DNA of 64,000 nt from Nageia nagi (GCA_050084985.1 JBITNC010000001.1:80786001-80850000), one strand, 5' to 3'; positions 23,147-37,363 are shown, counted from the stretch's first letter. Numbers and translations are program-made. Notes: a model not told the origin generated them from the letters alone.

Positions 23147-26100
23147 ATTAAATACAAATCTTTTAGTATGTCTACAGTGTCATACATTTTTACTTGCATT
23201 GATGGTGCAAAGTGTTTAGTCTATGCACATTGTGTTTTGTTATTGTATTTGATATTATAGTGATTAAGATGAGTACTATGCGTTTTTTAGAGTAGTTACT
23301 ACCAAGCATCATACCTATATGTTGGAAATACTTATGTATTATTGTGCTTGGTGGTGAAGGGGTAGATGGCAAGAATGTGAGAGCATAATATGGAAGTGAT
23401 GAGATGTAGTCATGATGATTACAATAATATATGGATATGTTCATTTTTGTGTTTTGAGTGTAGAATGTGTTGTGCTTTGTTTTGTTTATTTGCTATAATT
23501 ACATGAAACACATTTTATTATGTAAACCATTGTGATCCTAGTGTTTACTTCATTGTGAAAACTCAAAAGATTTATTATGGGAACCATTATTCATATCTAG
23601 CTGTTGTGCATGATCACTTGTTTTCATGTGTCATACACTCATGTCATGCACATTTGCTTGTTAGCCACATTTTTCCATAGGGCACACTTACGTATCATTC
23701 ATGTCTATCCATCATGTACCTTTTTTGTCTATTGTATATTTGCTTGTCATGTATGCTTATTTACTCGCCTATGTCATCAATTAGTCTATTGTTGTTCTTG
23801 TATCATGACTATCTTATACTATTTGTTCGTTACTAATGTGATCGTTTGTGATTATAATGTATGGCTTTTTTGTGTGTTAGTGTGTTTTTAGAGTGAAAAA
23901 TTGAAAAGCATAAAATGGAATGTGTTCTTTTCTATTGGTGGATTTTGATAGATGGATTGAAGCTCATACAAAACAACCAATGAAGGACGAACTTCTAAAG
24001 GACTTAAGTTTGATTTGGAACCTTGGTGAACTCAGTTTCACATGATAGGAATTGTCGACAATGTAAACCCCTATCCACGAATTTGTCAACAATTCAGATT
24101 GGAAACAGTATGTTGAGGAGCATATTTTTGTAGAACTCTCTAGGTTCCTTGAGATTAAAGTATTTTTAGTTGGAAAAATACAAAAGGAAAAAAGAAAGCA
24201 TTGGATGCTTAAGGAATTAAATTTAATGGATTGGGTGAAGAATAAATAAGAGATCAAAAGTGATGAGCATTGATGGAAGAAGAGGAGAGCATGAACCATA
24301 GGACTGAGGAATCAAATAAATTTGATTTTGTTCCACGATGACATTGCTTATCATTGAAAAAGTAATTGATGAGTGAAGATGGATACAAACAAGGGCCTCA
24401 ATATTCCGTTGGCATAAGAGAAAACATAGATGAAGAAGTTATAGAATTGGACACAAAAGCATCAATGAGCTAGTGTCTTCACACAATTGTTTGTAGTGTC
24501 ACTTGTGGCATGACACACGTGTGAATTTATACAAAGCAGATAGATGGAGAAGTAATTTTGCGAAATTGTATAAAAGGCTAAGCATGAAGTAAGTTGCGGG
24601 AATATGAGGAAACCGAGTGTTTAAGATAGTGAAGAGAGGGATTACAATTATTGTTGATGAATGTACAAATGGTGCAACTGAAGGGTTGGATGATGCAAGT
24701 TTTCTTCATGATGAGATAATTGTTGTTGGTGGCAAATGGTGGGTTGACCATTTACAAGCTGTCATATCTGTTGGTCGGGTTTGGATTGAAGAAATTGATT
24801 CATATTTTTCTCTTTTGATGAGGTGGCAATAGATAGTATGAACATCAATGATTTTGAAGAGATATTCTCTTTCGATGAAATGGCAATAGATATTTGAATT
24901 TAAGTGAGTTTGAAGAGATCTTCTCTTTTGGTAAAGTGGCAAAAGATTATGACTTTATTGGATTTTATGTTTTGAGTAAGATTTGCTCAAAAGTGATGAG
25001 TCAAAAGTTGTTTCATTTAATGCATGTACTTGAGGAGTTGGTAGTTAATAAGGTAGTTGAATATTTTTGTAAACGAGTTGAAGCCAGAGACATGGGGACC
25101 AAGTTTTAGTTCAAGTTTGTAAGAGATTCAAGGTTGATCTCTCATGGTGATATGTTGTTAACATCCATCGTCTGAAGCATATGAAAGGGTATCTATATAT
25201 CATGTTTGAAACCTTGAATAGATCCTAGAAAATTCTTGAAGTTTTGACTATGCTTTTTCACGGTAATGGGTGTTTAATTTCAGTCATTTTAGCATGTTTG
25301 TATGGCTGATTTTCTATTGTAAGAGAGCAAGCTTCTCGTCACTAATGAATGTAGCAATACCTTTAACTTCAAATCTCCCAACAGAATGTTAGTTGAGTAG
25401 ATGAAAGCTTGATGATGTTTCTTAATAAATTATAACCTATTGTATTACAATCATGATAATTCTTGTTTGGCAATGAATTAGTTGCTTCTTGGGGAATATT
25501 CACCCAATCCGACACTAGATTTTATAAAGATTTTCACTATCTTGTTTTCTAAGAAAATTCACTCCTATTATGTTCTTACAAATGGATTGGTTTTATGGAC
25601 ACTGAGTACGCAAACGATGATTACTATTTTCATATGTTAATGGGCTATAAGGAGTACTGGGTTTTCCACGTTGTCTTTAACATGTGAGTCCTTGACATGT
25701 TTCAGATATCTTGGAGATCCTCTATTCTTTAGCATTTGATTAGTGTTATCACATTTCTGCCATAACCAGGATCGTCCATTCATTGATCCTGGGTATGTTG
25801 GAGTAGGTCTTTTGCCTGTGTGATACATTAGCCTTAAACAGAGCTCCTGTACGTTGTATTTGCATTGTTTTCACCAGCATATTGATTTGATGTGATTCAC
25901 ATATAGAGCTATAAACAACTGAAAAATCTATAGCACTTGATGTGCTCTCATTTTTCTCCCTCAAATTGTGGATTATTATGTTGCCTTGGGCGTTCACTTT
26001 TTGAATCTCTTGTGTACATCACTTCTTTATTTAGTTATTTATTTGTAAGATAACAAGATATGTAGCTTTGTAAAAAAGATGTTGCTTTATCTTCTCGAGA

Positions 26101-26269
26101 GGTAAATGTGTTTGGTGGTTTGTACTTTGTATGTCAGCATGGTTTATGAGAATGCTGTTTTGATTGTAGTTCCCAGCTTTTAACACTGTCAGTTTTTTTT
26201 ACATTCCAATTCTGTACTTTGGATGCAAAACCACCATTAGTTTTAAATTTTTAATTGTTTACTGGACAG

Positions 26270-26371
26270 GTGTCCTGACATTGTGTTAATTAATGGGGAA
26301 GATCTTACACCATATAGAGCAGCTAGCAAAATGATAATGAATGTTCTCAGGAGGTTTGGGACACTAGAGAG
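26270..26371 (+). CDS. POLI: DNA polymerase iota-like gene, exon B
   Basis: ggacag|G TGT...GAG AG|gtgctg. Encodes (R)CPDIVLINGEDLTPYRAASKMIMNVLRRFGTLE; compare Pol iota CPQLVLVNGEDLTRYR. Phase joins exon A. Confidence 0.92.
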
Positions 26372-26539
26372 GTGCTGATGCATAACCATTGTGATGCTAC
26401 TTGATTTGCACATTCTTATGATTCCTCTTCTGCTTCTTGTCAAAGCAGAGTCATGTAGATTGCGTTTAAGTGTTATGGTTATAGCCATGGAAAGTGTTAC
26501 TATATATGTGTGATATCTTAGAATGGAATCACTATGCAG

Positions 26540-26921
26540 GTCAGGCTTGGATGAATGTGGACTAGATATCACATCAGAGACTAAAAAGCGTGCTGCATAT
26601 TTGCCCCTTCCTAACTACTTTTTGGGCTTTGTTATAGAATCTGAATCTACAAATGAATTCACAAAGGATGATATGAAAGAAGCAATGTTTATTCAAACAG
26701 ATTCTAGTCCTGGACGCTTGATTCCATATTCAGCTTCTGCAAATGAAAGTGGAGTCGATTCTTATCAATGCAATATTACTTCAGGGATTGAGAATGAGTT
26801 GCAAAGTATTTCTTCTGATTACACAAATCTGCTTATGGTTGCAAGCCATTTGGTAGCTGAAATTCGTGCAATTGTGGAGGCAGAGACAGGATTTCAGTGT
26901 TCTTGTGGAATCTCTTACAAT
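26540..26921 (+). CDS. POLI: DNA polymerase iota-like gene, exon C (catalytic DE, palm)
   Basis: tgcag|G TCA...AAT|gtatgt. Encodes (R)SGLDECGLDIT...LLMVASHLVAEIRAIVEAETGFQCSCGISYN. Open in the ORF track (26523-26945). Confidence 0.92.
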
Positions 26922-27785
26922 GTATGTTTTATTTTATTCCTTTGATGCAAATCATTTTCTTTGACAATGACTTGGTAGACATTATATAGTGACTTCTGTA
27001 TAATGTCAATTATGCCAATACCTTCACGGACTTTGTTCATATACATGCTTGAGAAGGATATTGATAAAAGTCTCATAGGGTAAAAGTAAAGAAAGATTGT
27101 TTTTTTTTTTTTCACTTTGAAAGATTCTTGTGTCTTATTACTGTTAATAGATATACAGATTAAACCATGTAATAAGCACAAAAGGAGATAAAAATATACT
27201 TGCATCTTTGATACGAGGAGATCTCCAAACCTTCATCCAACTGATTCTTTCTCTCATAGAATTCCTTTCCTCAATTTTTGAAGCATTTAATGTGCAGTAT
27301 AAATCTTTGTAAATACCTGAGATAAATCTTGATACTTAAGAACCAAAACAATCTCTGAATAGGGTGTTGTTCAATGTACATTCTCACTAATAACTATAGA
27401 TGGCGATTTTTATATTGCACGTCATCATGTACATACATCATCCACATCTATTGGTCATATAATATGTTGTCAATATGTTTTATATTTGTTCGTTGTGTCC
27501 ATTTATTGTTCACACTATAAGTGATGTTATACGTCATAGTTCATATTGGAGTATGTGTTATTTATGGATTTGTTTATATTATTTATGATGAGATACTACC
27601 TTTTCGTTTATGGTTATTGCTACCTATCATGCCTATCAATGGTGTACACAGTACTTGATGAGATATGCCTGTAATTGTATAGCATAGACGAGGGGTCATT
27701 GCTATTTGTATGATGACAATCCTTTCTATATTATTTATGTTACTTGTGACATTACATTATTATAGCAATAAAGAGCTTAGCTGAC

Positions 27786-28118
27786 TATGGAGTTGTAAAG
27801 GAACCCTTGATATTGATCAGACCCATCATGAAGTTTATGAGCATCCTTACTTGAGCAAAAGTGAGTGATAGATTTACACAACAAACCATGTGGCAATGGT
27901 TTCTTTTTGTAGATAGACAAACTTGTTTTATTACATTATTAATAATTAAAGTGAGAAAGAGCGTGCTTGAGTATGGAGTTGTTAAGGAACCCTTGGTATC
28001 AGTGAGACACATCATGAAGTTTATTAGCAGCTTTACTTGAGCAAAAGTGATTGATAGATTGACACAACAAACCATGTGGCAACAAGTAAGAAGGTTTCTT
28101 TTTGTAGATAGACAAACT
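27786..28118. repeat. Local duplication of ~140 bp
   Basis: TATGGAGTTGTWAAGGAACCCTTG...CATCATGAAGTTTAT...TTTGTAGATAGACAAACTTG at ~27786 and ~27972. Confidence 0.85.
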
Positions 28119-28681
28119 TGGAAAAATGATGATAGCATCGTGGGAATCTAATGCATTCCTCATCGAATCAATGGTGGCATTGGAACGGTTGCTAACCAAA
28201 AAGGAGTTGACATCAAATATGTAAAAATGGAATCAAGTGTGTTGCTTCCAATCATGGGAAAAATTCAACAATAGTTATACAAAGAAGAAAAAAAGAATGA
28301 CCAATGACGAGCATGAGATTTTTGGAATACTTCATGGACATCATCCACATTTTCAACAAATAAAAGCAACATAGATGTTAGTTTTTGTGGCTTAGCATTT
28401 GTTCTCCAAAATTGGGAATTTTCTATTTTCAGAACTTTTACTAAAAAAGGAAATTTTCCATTTTTAGAATTTTTTGTTTTTGGAGTTTTTCTATTTTAAC
28501 ATTACTAACAATAGAGTGAAAAATATAGTTTCTAATTGCATGAGTGCACCTTATCCAGCATGAATTTCTCCTTTATTCTAACTTGCCCAAAGTTTGGTCC
28601 AAACTGAATTTTTCTTAAGAACCGAATTGGTTCGGTTTGGTCCAGTCCTTTCAAGGCCAAAAGAAAACTGCCAAAAAAACC

Positions 28682-28760
28682 CTACTGGTGCCCAAAAAAT
28701 TCTGCAAAAAAAAACCCTACTGCTGCAAAAAAAAAAACACTACTGCTGCAAAAAAAACCA
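28682..28760. repeat. Short CTACTGCTGC-An repeats
   Basis: Three to four copies of (C)CTACTGSTGC followed by A-runs. Confidence 0.6.
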
Positions 28761-31093
28761 CATGCAGTAGTGGCTTCTCAATAGGAGAGCATAAACAATG
28801 GTGTGATTGGCTTTGTCATAGTAAGAGGACATGAAATTGGTCAACATCTTAATGGTAAAATTTGTTCAAACTACAGTCAGTGTGTTGTGCATAGCAAAAA
28901 AAAGAAGTCGTTTCTATTGTTGTCAATTCTTTGGAGCAATGTTTCAATCATAGTTAAGGCAAGAACAATTGCAACGAAGCTACACAAGTTGTTGACAATG
29001 ACTTTATAATAATGGTGATGGTGGCTATCATGAGGGCAGTAGCCCCTTCGAGAGTTCATAGAGGATATGCATCTATCTCTACCCTTGATGGACAATACCT
29101 ACAACTTTACTTCTCCGGACATCTTGTCCAAATTACAACTTTTTCAAATTCTGGCTATTTCCACAATGTTATATGGAGTTGAGATTTGAAACCCTAGCTT
29201 GAGAGTAGTAGATTGGGCCATAGTAGAGAGGATCATTGTTAGTACATTATATTGCTCCATTTGGAGCAAAATGATGGCTCGACACCTTGTCATGCTTGTA
29301 GAATTCGGTTTCCAGTCTCTTCAGGTTTGGGCCATTACCTCTATGGTCGTTTTTCTCCATCGTCTACGTAGTCTAATAGACCTCAGAGGAGATATAATTA
29401 GACTCTTGGCCAGGGCATTGGTTTTCTTGAGTGACGTAGTTGCTTAAGGCAGCCATTGGTTCTGTTTTGTCAAGGTTTTGAAGATACTTCAGAGCTTTGG
29501 CTTATCTCATGATAGGTTACCTATGCACCAAGGGGGCTCATTTGGATCCCCAGTAGACTTATTGATAGTGATTCGAGAGGCGATCTATATGGCCTTTATC
29601 TAGATCATTTGGGTCACACCTCAATAGACACTAACACCCAAGTTGGTGCATTATGCACGATAGTTATTTAGCTCAATAGAGGGCTAATGCTCCCTCTTGG
29701 ATACATCAACTTATACCTACCTCTTGGGTTGAGGATGTTTCTCAAACATTTTTGGATTTACTCCCATTAGTTGAGGATCAAGACATATCACCATCTAGAA
29801 TGCAATTTGTGAGTATGGCATTTGTGCTTGCTAGAGGTTGAATTCGAAGATCACTTCATCTTTTGGTGCTTAGTTTACTCTGAGATCTGAGGTTATTACC
29901 ATTGTCTCTTCGAAGACTCACACAATTCACTATCCACTTTCTTAAAGTACTAATGTTGTCTAGCTCTCAACATTCGGGAGGCCTTTCTTTTGCAATAACA
30001 TCTCGTATCCAACATGCAACATTCATTAGAGATCCTTCGTATTACATCCTTCTTTCAAGCCTCCTCTATCGTAGATGCCCATAAGAGATGGCGTGGTGAC
30101 CCCCCCTCCCTACACGCTGCACTAGATGATGCCTTCAAGACACTTAGGTTCTATTGAGAACTTGACACATCTCATCTTTCTTCTCCTCTAGTAGTAACAC
30201 CACAAACATGACCCACAATGACTAGTGAGATCTCACCCTAGGGTTGACAACACCCCCGTGCTCTCCCCTGATGAGACGTATGATGGGCTAATTATCTTAT
30301 TTTATTTTTTCCGCATTCCTTAGGGTTTTTGGTCCCCTTCATGTTTAGTCTTTTCGCTTTATGATATGTTTATTCTAGATTTAGGGTGAGTCGTTTAGGG
30401 ACTTTGTTCGCTATTCTACTATTTCATGTAAATTCTAGTCCCATTGATTGCTTTTGGTCACTCGTGGACATTGATACATTTTTTTTTTCTTTCTTTTTAA
30501 CAATGACATTCACTTTGCATCTACCCATGCTCTCCATGGACAGAATCAAATTATTCGTCCACCTTGTAATTTTGAAAAATAATAATATACGACGTGAGGG
30601 AATAATAATATACAGGAAAGCTCATTTTCATAGTAAGGTTTTGGTGGGTTGGATTGAATAAAATTCAAGTGGGGGATTGAATAGATTTAAGTAGGCGAAA
30701 TGGTTGAATTTGCTAGCGATGTGAAAGGAAATGTGTACTCATTTCTTATAAGCGTGCTTGAACAAATAATATAAAGGTACAAGTCTAGGTTTGGGTAGGG
30801 AGTGCTTATATATTTATTTCAATTTTGTTTTATTATGTATATTTCCTTAAAGTTAAATTTAAACTATTTTATTTTTGTATTTTATTTAAAGTAGGTATAA
30901 ATTTATTTATTTTTTCATTTATGTTTGTTTATATAAATTGAAAAAAAAATTACTAATATTTTACTTATTTTGCTCCAATCGTCCCCCAAATTTGGCTTGG
31001 CCTCCTTGGTGTCCTTGAAACACATTTTCCCATATTGAATTGTTTGTAACCTTAAAATTGGTTTTTTGCTTGGCCTTAGGATTATGAATATTT

Positions 31094-33948
31094 TGTTGGA
31101 TACCTAATCCTTAGGGATTAAGGTTAATTGGAAATATTATTAGATAGGTGTGTGTGTCATAAAAGTATTTTATATCTATGTATTTCAGGACTTGTAGGAG
31201 GAAGATATTCCAAGAGTCATGGAAGATGAAGATAAATAGTCCTCAAGGGGTCCAAAAGGCACCTTGGAAGGTGAAATGATAAATCACATCTCCATGTAAT
31301 TATATGTGATCTATTTGATGTAATAAAAGCCTTTGGAGTTAAGACAATTTTGGATTTGCAATCTAGTATTGGGCCTTACATTGGTATTAGATCTCTAGTA
31401 AATTTTCGTTTAACTCCATGAAATCTGCCATTAAACTTCTTCCATTATGTTCTTGAAATCTTTCCCCTCAGTTTTTTCAAATTTCGTGCATCAGAATAAA
31501 TTTTTGATTCCATATTTGGATACCCTTTTTCCTCTCAATCACTTTTATTTATTCATTTGCCTATTTTGGAGCTTGTATGAGGAAGCTATTCGTGTTTGAA
31601 GTTTCAACTTGTGCATAAGGTTTCAAAGACTAGTTTGAGTTTCATTGTGTGTAGGTGTTTTTTTTGCTTTCTATGCCTGTTGTGGTTTCTTGCCCATGAA
31701 GAATTCTTAGTGGTCTCTTGTGCGTTATGCTACGGATGCAATGTGTGTTTGATGCTAGCCGTTTGTGAAGATTTTGGATTCGTGCGCTGTGCCCTTTTTA
31801 ATCATGGTGGACCCGTGCTATTTCTTGTTAGTGTGTGGACTATGTTTTGCGTGTTGATATCAACATGCCGTCGGTCTTGCTTGCCTTGTGGATGTGGATG
31901 CTTCGTTGGACTTTGTCACTCACTTGCACATGCGCATTAATTTGTTTATGCTTATGTTGTGCCTTCCCTTGCATTTTTGGTTCCTAGTTGTGCGCTTAGT
32001 CACCTCGCTCTTGGACTCGCCTTTGGCTCTGCTTGTTGGTATTTTTTGAGCATTTTAGAATCCTGGAGGTATTTTGGCTATATCTTGGATGATATATGCC
32101 CCTTTTTGGTGAAACGTTTTCCTTAAGGTTTAGAATTTTGAAGGTCTTGTCATGGAGGCGTTTGTTTTTGAAGATACATTAATAATGTGTGGGTATCTTA
32201 TCATTTTTGAAGAATCGTTATTATTGAAGACCTTTAATTTTTTCAAGATAAAATTAAAGGATATTTATAGTTTTTGAAAATCATGTTTGAAGATTTTAAG
32301 GGTTTTGAGTAATTTTGTTTGTAAAATTCTTTGTGTTTATGGAGGAAATTGTTGAAAATGTATGTTGTTTGGAGGACATTACCTTACTATTATTGGAACC
32401 ATTATTTTGACATAATAAGGCATTTTTTGGAGGATACCTTGTTTTTGTTTTCGGAAGCTTGTTATGGCTTCTTTGTTGCTCTTTGAAGGTGAACCGTGAA
32501 ACCATAAATTTGATTATGTGCTTCTCTCTTTGGTTGAGTTGTGTGGTGCCTTTGTTGGAGGTGATCTTTATCTTGTTACGAAGGTGACGAAGAAGGCATT
32601 TTGCGATAGTCACACTTAAAGGTGAAGATGGTGCTTCTCCTTTGCTTTTTGAAGGTATTACTATATACTTACCTTTATTTTGAAGACTTTTGAAAGCTTG
32701 GTATTGATAATATTTTAGCCATTTTTGAAGATGGTTTTGTTATTCTCCACTCCACATTTTCTACTACTTCTGTTGCACAATGGGAGGAATCAAGGTGATG
32801 ATTCTTCTAGAGGAAGTGTAGCACATGTTTAGGGGTGGGGGTTGATCTAAATTGACAAGCTTCTTAAAGTTTGTCGCCTTGTTCATCTTTTGTGCAACAA
32901 CTTGTTGTTTCTTTGATGAGCTTTAAAGCAAGTGTACGAGATGGATTGCATGGTGTGAATGTGGCAAATCACATTCTAGAGGAAGTGTAGCACAAGTTTA
33001 GGGGTTGGGTTGATCTAAATTGACGATGCCAAGATAATTGAGATATTGTTTAAAAGGGCCTAGATGACATTTATGCTTCTTAAAGTTTGTCGCCTTGTTG
33101 ATCTTTTGTGCAACATCTTGTTGTTTCTTTGATAAGCTTTAGAGCAAGTGTACAAGATGGATTGCATGGTGTGAATGTGGCAAATCACATCTTGTGTGAA
33201 CATGTTAAATGTTTGAGGCATTGTATGTATTTCTTTATACACATCATTATTGGTATTTATGGTGCAAAATATTTTTTTGCACATCTTGTTTCTCATCATT
33301 TGAGAGAGATTTGTTGGTGATTGATTCGAGATCTCTACTTGCGGAGCTTTTATCTTCCTTGGAATGATCTATGTTGAAGAAAAATAATCTCTTCATGGTT
33401 TCTTGGAGGAGACTTGGTTGCACTTCATTATCCCCAAATGTCATCCACTACTCGTGTTTGTATGGAGACAATTATGCCGATGCTTTTGTGAAGAAGACTT
33501 GTGTTGTGACATTTTTTACTCCTTGGATTAAGGCGGGAACATGGGCTTAATCCTTTTTTTGAGGAGATTGCTTATTCTTGTTGGTGGAGAATGTTCTACA
33601 GACTTTAAGGCATGCCTTTTTGTTTTCATTTCCTTTCTTCATCCTTTTCGGATTAAGGGGGAATGTTGGAAACCTAAGCCTTAGGATTAAGGTCAAATGT
33701 AAATATTATTAAATTTAGGTGTGCGATTGTGATATATTTTATATTTATGTATTATAGGATTTGTAGGAGGAAGATATTCCAAGAGACATGTGAGATGAAG
33801 ATAAAGAGTCCTTAGGGAGTCCAAAAGTCACCTTGGAAGGTGAAATGATAAGTAACATCTCCATGTATTTATATGTGATCTATTTGATGTAATAGAAGCT
33901 TTTGGAGTTACTAAATTTGAGATTTGCAATCTAATACTAGGCCTAACA
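31094..33948 (+). mobile_element. Non-autonomous, internally decayed LTR element (Copia-like), ~285-bp LTRs
   Basis: LTRs at 31094-31380 and 33664-33948 (TGTTGGA...CA), alignable but diverged. PBS TGGTATTAGA (tRNA-iMet-like) at 31382; PPT AAGGGGGAA before the 3' LTR. TSD TATTT/AATTT with one mismatch. DNYADAFVK at ~33467 resembles the end of Copia RNase H. Confidence 0.85.
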
Positions 33949-36711
33949 AATTTGCTATATAATTATTTACTTTTTTTGCTTTGTATTTTTCCCAACCAAA
34001 CTGAATCAAACTTTTTTCAAAATCTTGAACTTTTGAACTTTTTTTCATAGATGTCAGACTCAGACTCAGTTTGAGCTTGGCGAGGTCCCCTTGGGGTTTG
34101 GACTCGGGAAAAAACATTATTTGACTCGGTAGGAAAAAAAAAAATCATACTCGGCTAGACTTGCCGAAACTCGACCAGACTCACTGAAACTTGATCATAC
34201 TCGTCAAAGTACTCGCGAGTTTGGATGATTTCAACTACTATGCTTTTTTAATTTCCCAAATTGAACTTTACAAACCTTGTAACTATGATGCAAGGACATA
34301 TTTTTGGAAATTCATGTACATGCATTAGGAATTGCATCATAATTAGGGTTAGAAAGCTGAATTTATTTTTCTTTATGCAAGAACATGCTTGATCTATTGT
34401 AATCTAAGTTCCAAAAGAGATTGCAAGAGATTTTCCTTGCTAAAAATTTCAGCCATGGAACTCTCAAGCGCACCAGTTTTTGGGTTTATGTTTTTGCAGA
34501 TTTGTTTTTATAGAAATTTGCTATCAATACATAATTTTCCCTGCTATTAATGCTTGTTGGTGTTTTCTATTTTTTGTGGAATAATTCTCATCTACATGTT
34601 GCTGGGTTCTACTACATAATTATTTTTTTTATAGCAGTTATTTGGCAAGTTTTCGAGTGCTTATTTACAAGTTTTGGGGTATGCATGATTCAGATTTGTA
34701 TGATTTTATAATCTTGAATTTATCTTATGAAATTTCAACAATAAAGCCATGGACAATACGAAAAATGACATCAACGCTATTGCATGAGACATTCTTGTTA
34801 ACAATGGGAATGGGATGGAGGTTGAGGATTGTAAGAGTTGAAGCCAACAACCAAAGATTATTTGATAAAGAAGGAAGTTTGCTCATGGCCAATGAGTGAA
34901 GAAAACTTGAGACCAGTGCCTATGGTGGAAAACTTAAGGTCAACGATGGATATGAAACTAATGAAATTGCATGTAAGAAGGAAAAATGATGGTAATGGAG
35001 AAAATTAGACAATCATTAAAATGCAAGGCAAAGCACATGAAGAAATTGACAAAATTAACACTCAATTCAATGTAGATATGTAAAGCATGCTCAAATGGGG
35101 GCTAAAAGGGGCTGTCAACATGTGTTCGTCCAAATCACTGTTGGTCTGGTGAGTTCATGCAGGGAAAAAGGGTCTGTGAACATGCGTTTGTCCAAATTAC
35201 TGTTGGTCTGGTGAGTTCACGCAGCAAATCCATCCTTTTGCCAAGTAAACAAGAACTACCTTTTCGTATGGAATAATAGGTGCATTATGCATGCAAGGTG
35301 ATTGAACGGGTTTGAAGATAAGCAAAGTACTCATGTTGTTTCTGATAGTTAATAAGCAATTGAAAGACATTAACAAACCCTATGCAGAAAAGGTTACTAC
35401 CCTTGACCGTGCAAGGGAGCTACCAGCCCCTTGATCCTCATCACCCCACATTGGCTAAAAGAAGTGTTTATCTAAGAAAAATGGGTTAGGGGTACTTGAA
35501 GAGGAATAAGCAATGGCATGATATGGCAATTAATAAGTTTTGGTCATCATGGGAGCATCATTGGCATGTGAATGACTTGTCCCATAAACATATTAGACAT
35601 CATCTGAAAGAGCAACATTGGTTGATCTAAGAACGCATAGCCATTCACCAATTTCATGAGATAGCTTTGCCTATCTCTTGTGGATTGGGTAGCAGTAATG
35701 ATCTTCTCCACATTATTGAGAAGCAGATGATCACAGTTAGTTAGCATTGGAGCATAAGGGTTTCCAGCCAAATTACTACAGACCTTTTTCCTTCATCCTT
35801 GTGTTTTCACCATTTTTGGGGTCATTAAAGGTGGTGGTACATACACTTGTATTGCCATGATAATGCTGCAGTTGGTTTGTGTAGAGTTCACTGAGAGTTA
35901 TTTTTGGCTGTTCTGCATTTAGCATTATGAGCAATTGATTGTAATGCTACCTTTCAAAACTTCTTTAAACTTGGAATATGTTTGATAATTGACTTTCATA
36001 GCATTATTTTAGACGCAAACATGAATTTGTCTTAGCTGTTTTAGCCCCTGCCATATTTTTTGATGAGGGTTAATAGAATTCCATGAACATTATAGTCTCT
36101 GTTCCCTCTATATCCCTGACAATGCTAGTATCGGCTACATTTTTCTTTTCCCATTCTTAGGAATATCCATCTGTGTGAATGCTGTCGACGTATATCTATA
36201 CCTTTTATTCAGTGCAGCATCGGTCCTTGCATCATCATTTTCAGAATAATAATGTTATTATGTTATTATTGTGTCTCTGATCACTGCAGTGATTTGACTC
36301 TTCATTAGGCTGTAAAGAATTGTGTAAAGTTTGTATAATCTTTAATCATTTTTCATAGATCAAGAAATCCTACTCCCAAGGATGATGATGCTATTACTCA
36401 TCAACCACAGTCCGTCGCTGGGAACATATTCTTGTTTGAAAGGAGCCTCTTTTCAATTTTAAATGAGCTGAAGATTCATGTTGCTTCAATAGGAACCTGG
36501 AGAACAAGACAATATGGGTTGCCTCATTTATTATATTTTGATATTTTACAATCAGCATCAATGGTTTGCAACAAATAGAGCTGCTTCCTTGTTATTGTAG
36601 CAAATTTTGAAGTTCTGATGTAGGATCACTTGTGAAGGATCCAAAGTATTTATCTTGTACTTTTTGTCAGATAATACATTCTTTCGGAAGGTGATAAGTT
36701 TTCTGTGGCAG

Positions 36712-36816
36712 AAAATGCTGGCAAAGTTGGCATGCTCAGCTAATAAACCTAACAAGCAAACATGCCTTTTTAAGTCAGGTGTTCCAGGATTTCTCTTCCA
36801 ACTTTCAGTGCGCAAG
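36712..36816 (+). CDS. POLI: DNA polymerase iota-like gene, exon D
   Basis: tggcag|AAA...AAG|gtttgt. Encodes KMLAKLACSANKPNKQTCL..., completing the Y-family motif N-K-x-L-A-K...KPN-x-Q across the 9.8-kb intron. Confidence 0.95.
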
Positions 36817-36923
36817 GTTTGTATCATTTACTTTCACTGTCATTCTTTGGTAACTTGAATGTGTTTTTATTGAACTCATTTCTGTGATGTGGTTGTTGAT
36901 GCTAATATATTGTGTGTTAAAAG

Positions 36924-37024
36924 CTACCTGGTGTTGGTCATCGGACAGAAACGATGCTCAAGGAAATTGGAATTCAGACAGTAGCTGATCTTCAAACCTG
37001 CAGTCTGCAGCAATTATTGCAGAT
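36924..37024 (+). CDS. POLI: DNA polymerase iota-like gene, exon E (thumb HhH)
   Basis: ttaaaag|CTA...AT|gtatgg. Encodes LPGVGHRTETMLKEIGIQTVADLQ. Branch-like GCTAAT at 36901. Confidence 0.93.
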
Positions 37025-37224
37025 GTATGGAAATTTTCATATACTTTTGACGCTTGAATTAATTAAATTGATCATTCTCTTACATACCATAAAAAGTTGA
37101 TAAACTGGGATAGTAATATAAATAATATTTACTCAGTTATATTCATGCAAACACTGGGTGCTACTATTTCTATATACGTTACAACCACTCAATTTATTTT
37201 TGGGTTGGCCTTTTTTTAAGACAG

Positions 37225-37363
37225 GTTTGGTGTGAGAACAGGTCATTTTCTATTCAATGCATGCAGGGGTATTGACCTGTCTCCTGTAAGGGACAAAGGA
37301 CCACCGAAGTCTATATCTGTTGAAGATTCTTTTCCCCCATGCACATCTTTGACAAGCATAAAG
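37225..37363 (+). CDS. POLI: DNA polymerase iota-like gene, exon F (thumb to little-finger linker)
   Basis: gacag|G TTT...AAG|gtacta. Encodes FGVRTGHFLFNACRGIDLSPVRDKGPPKSISVEDSFPPC; compare Pol iota GPPQSFSEEDSF. Confidence 0.93.

Noticed and set aside
23900-25250. Purine-rich, coding-like stretch
   Set aside because: No recognisable motif or sustained frame; probably an old TE remnant that I cannot classify.
26523-26945. ORF-track entries 26523-26945, 36655-36858, 37232-37486 and 61714-62139 as stand-alone genes
   Set aside because: They are exons with read-through into intron sequence; splice sites and phases link them into one gene.
29040-30250. Possible minus-strand Gypsy integrase remnant (PLYYGP-like motif near 29225)
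   Set aside because: Too degraded; one short motif and no definable termini.
34050-34288. hAT-like end (ACTCG subterminal repeats, ...GTAACTATG); similar partial ends near 28620 and 63925
   Set aside because: No matching opposite TIR or TSD could be identified.
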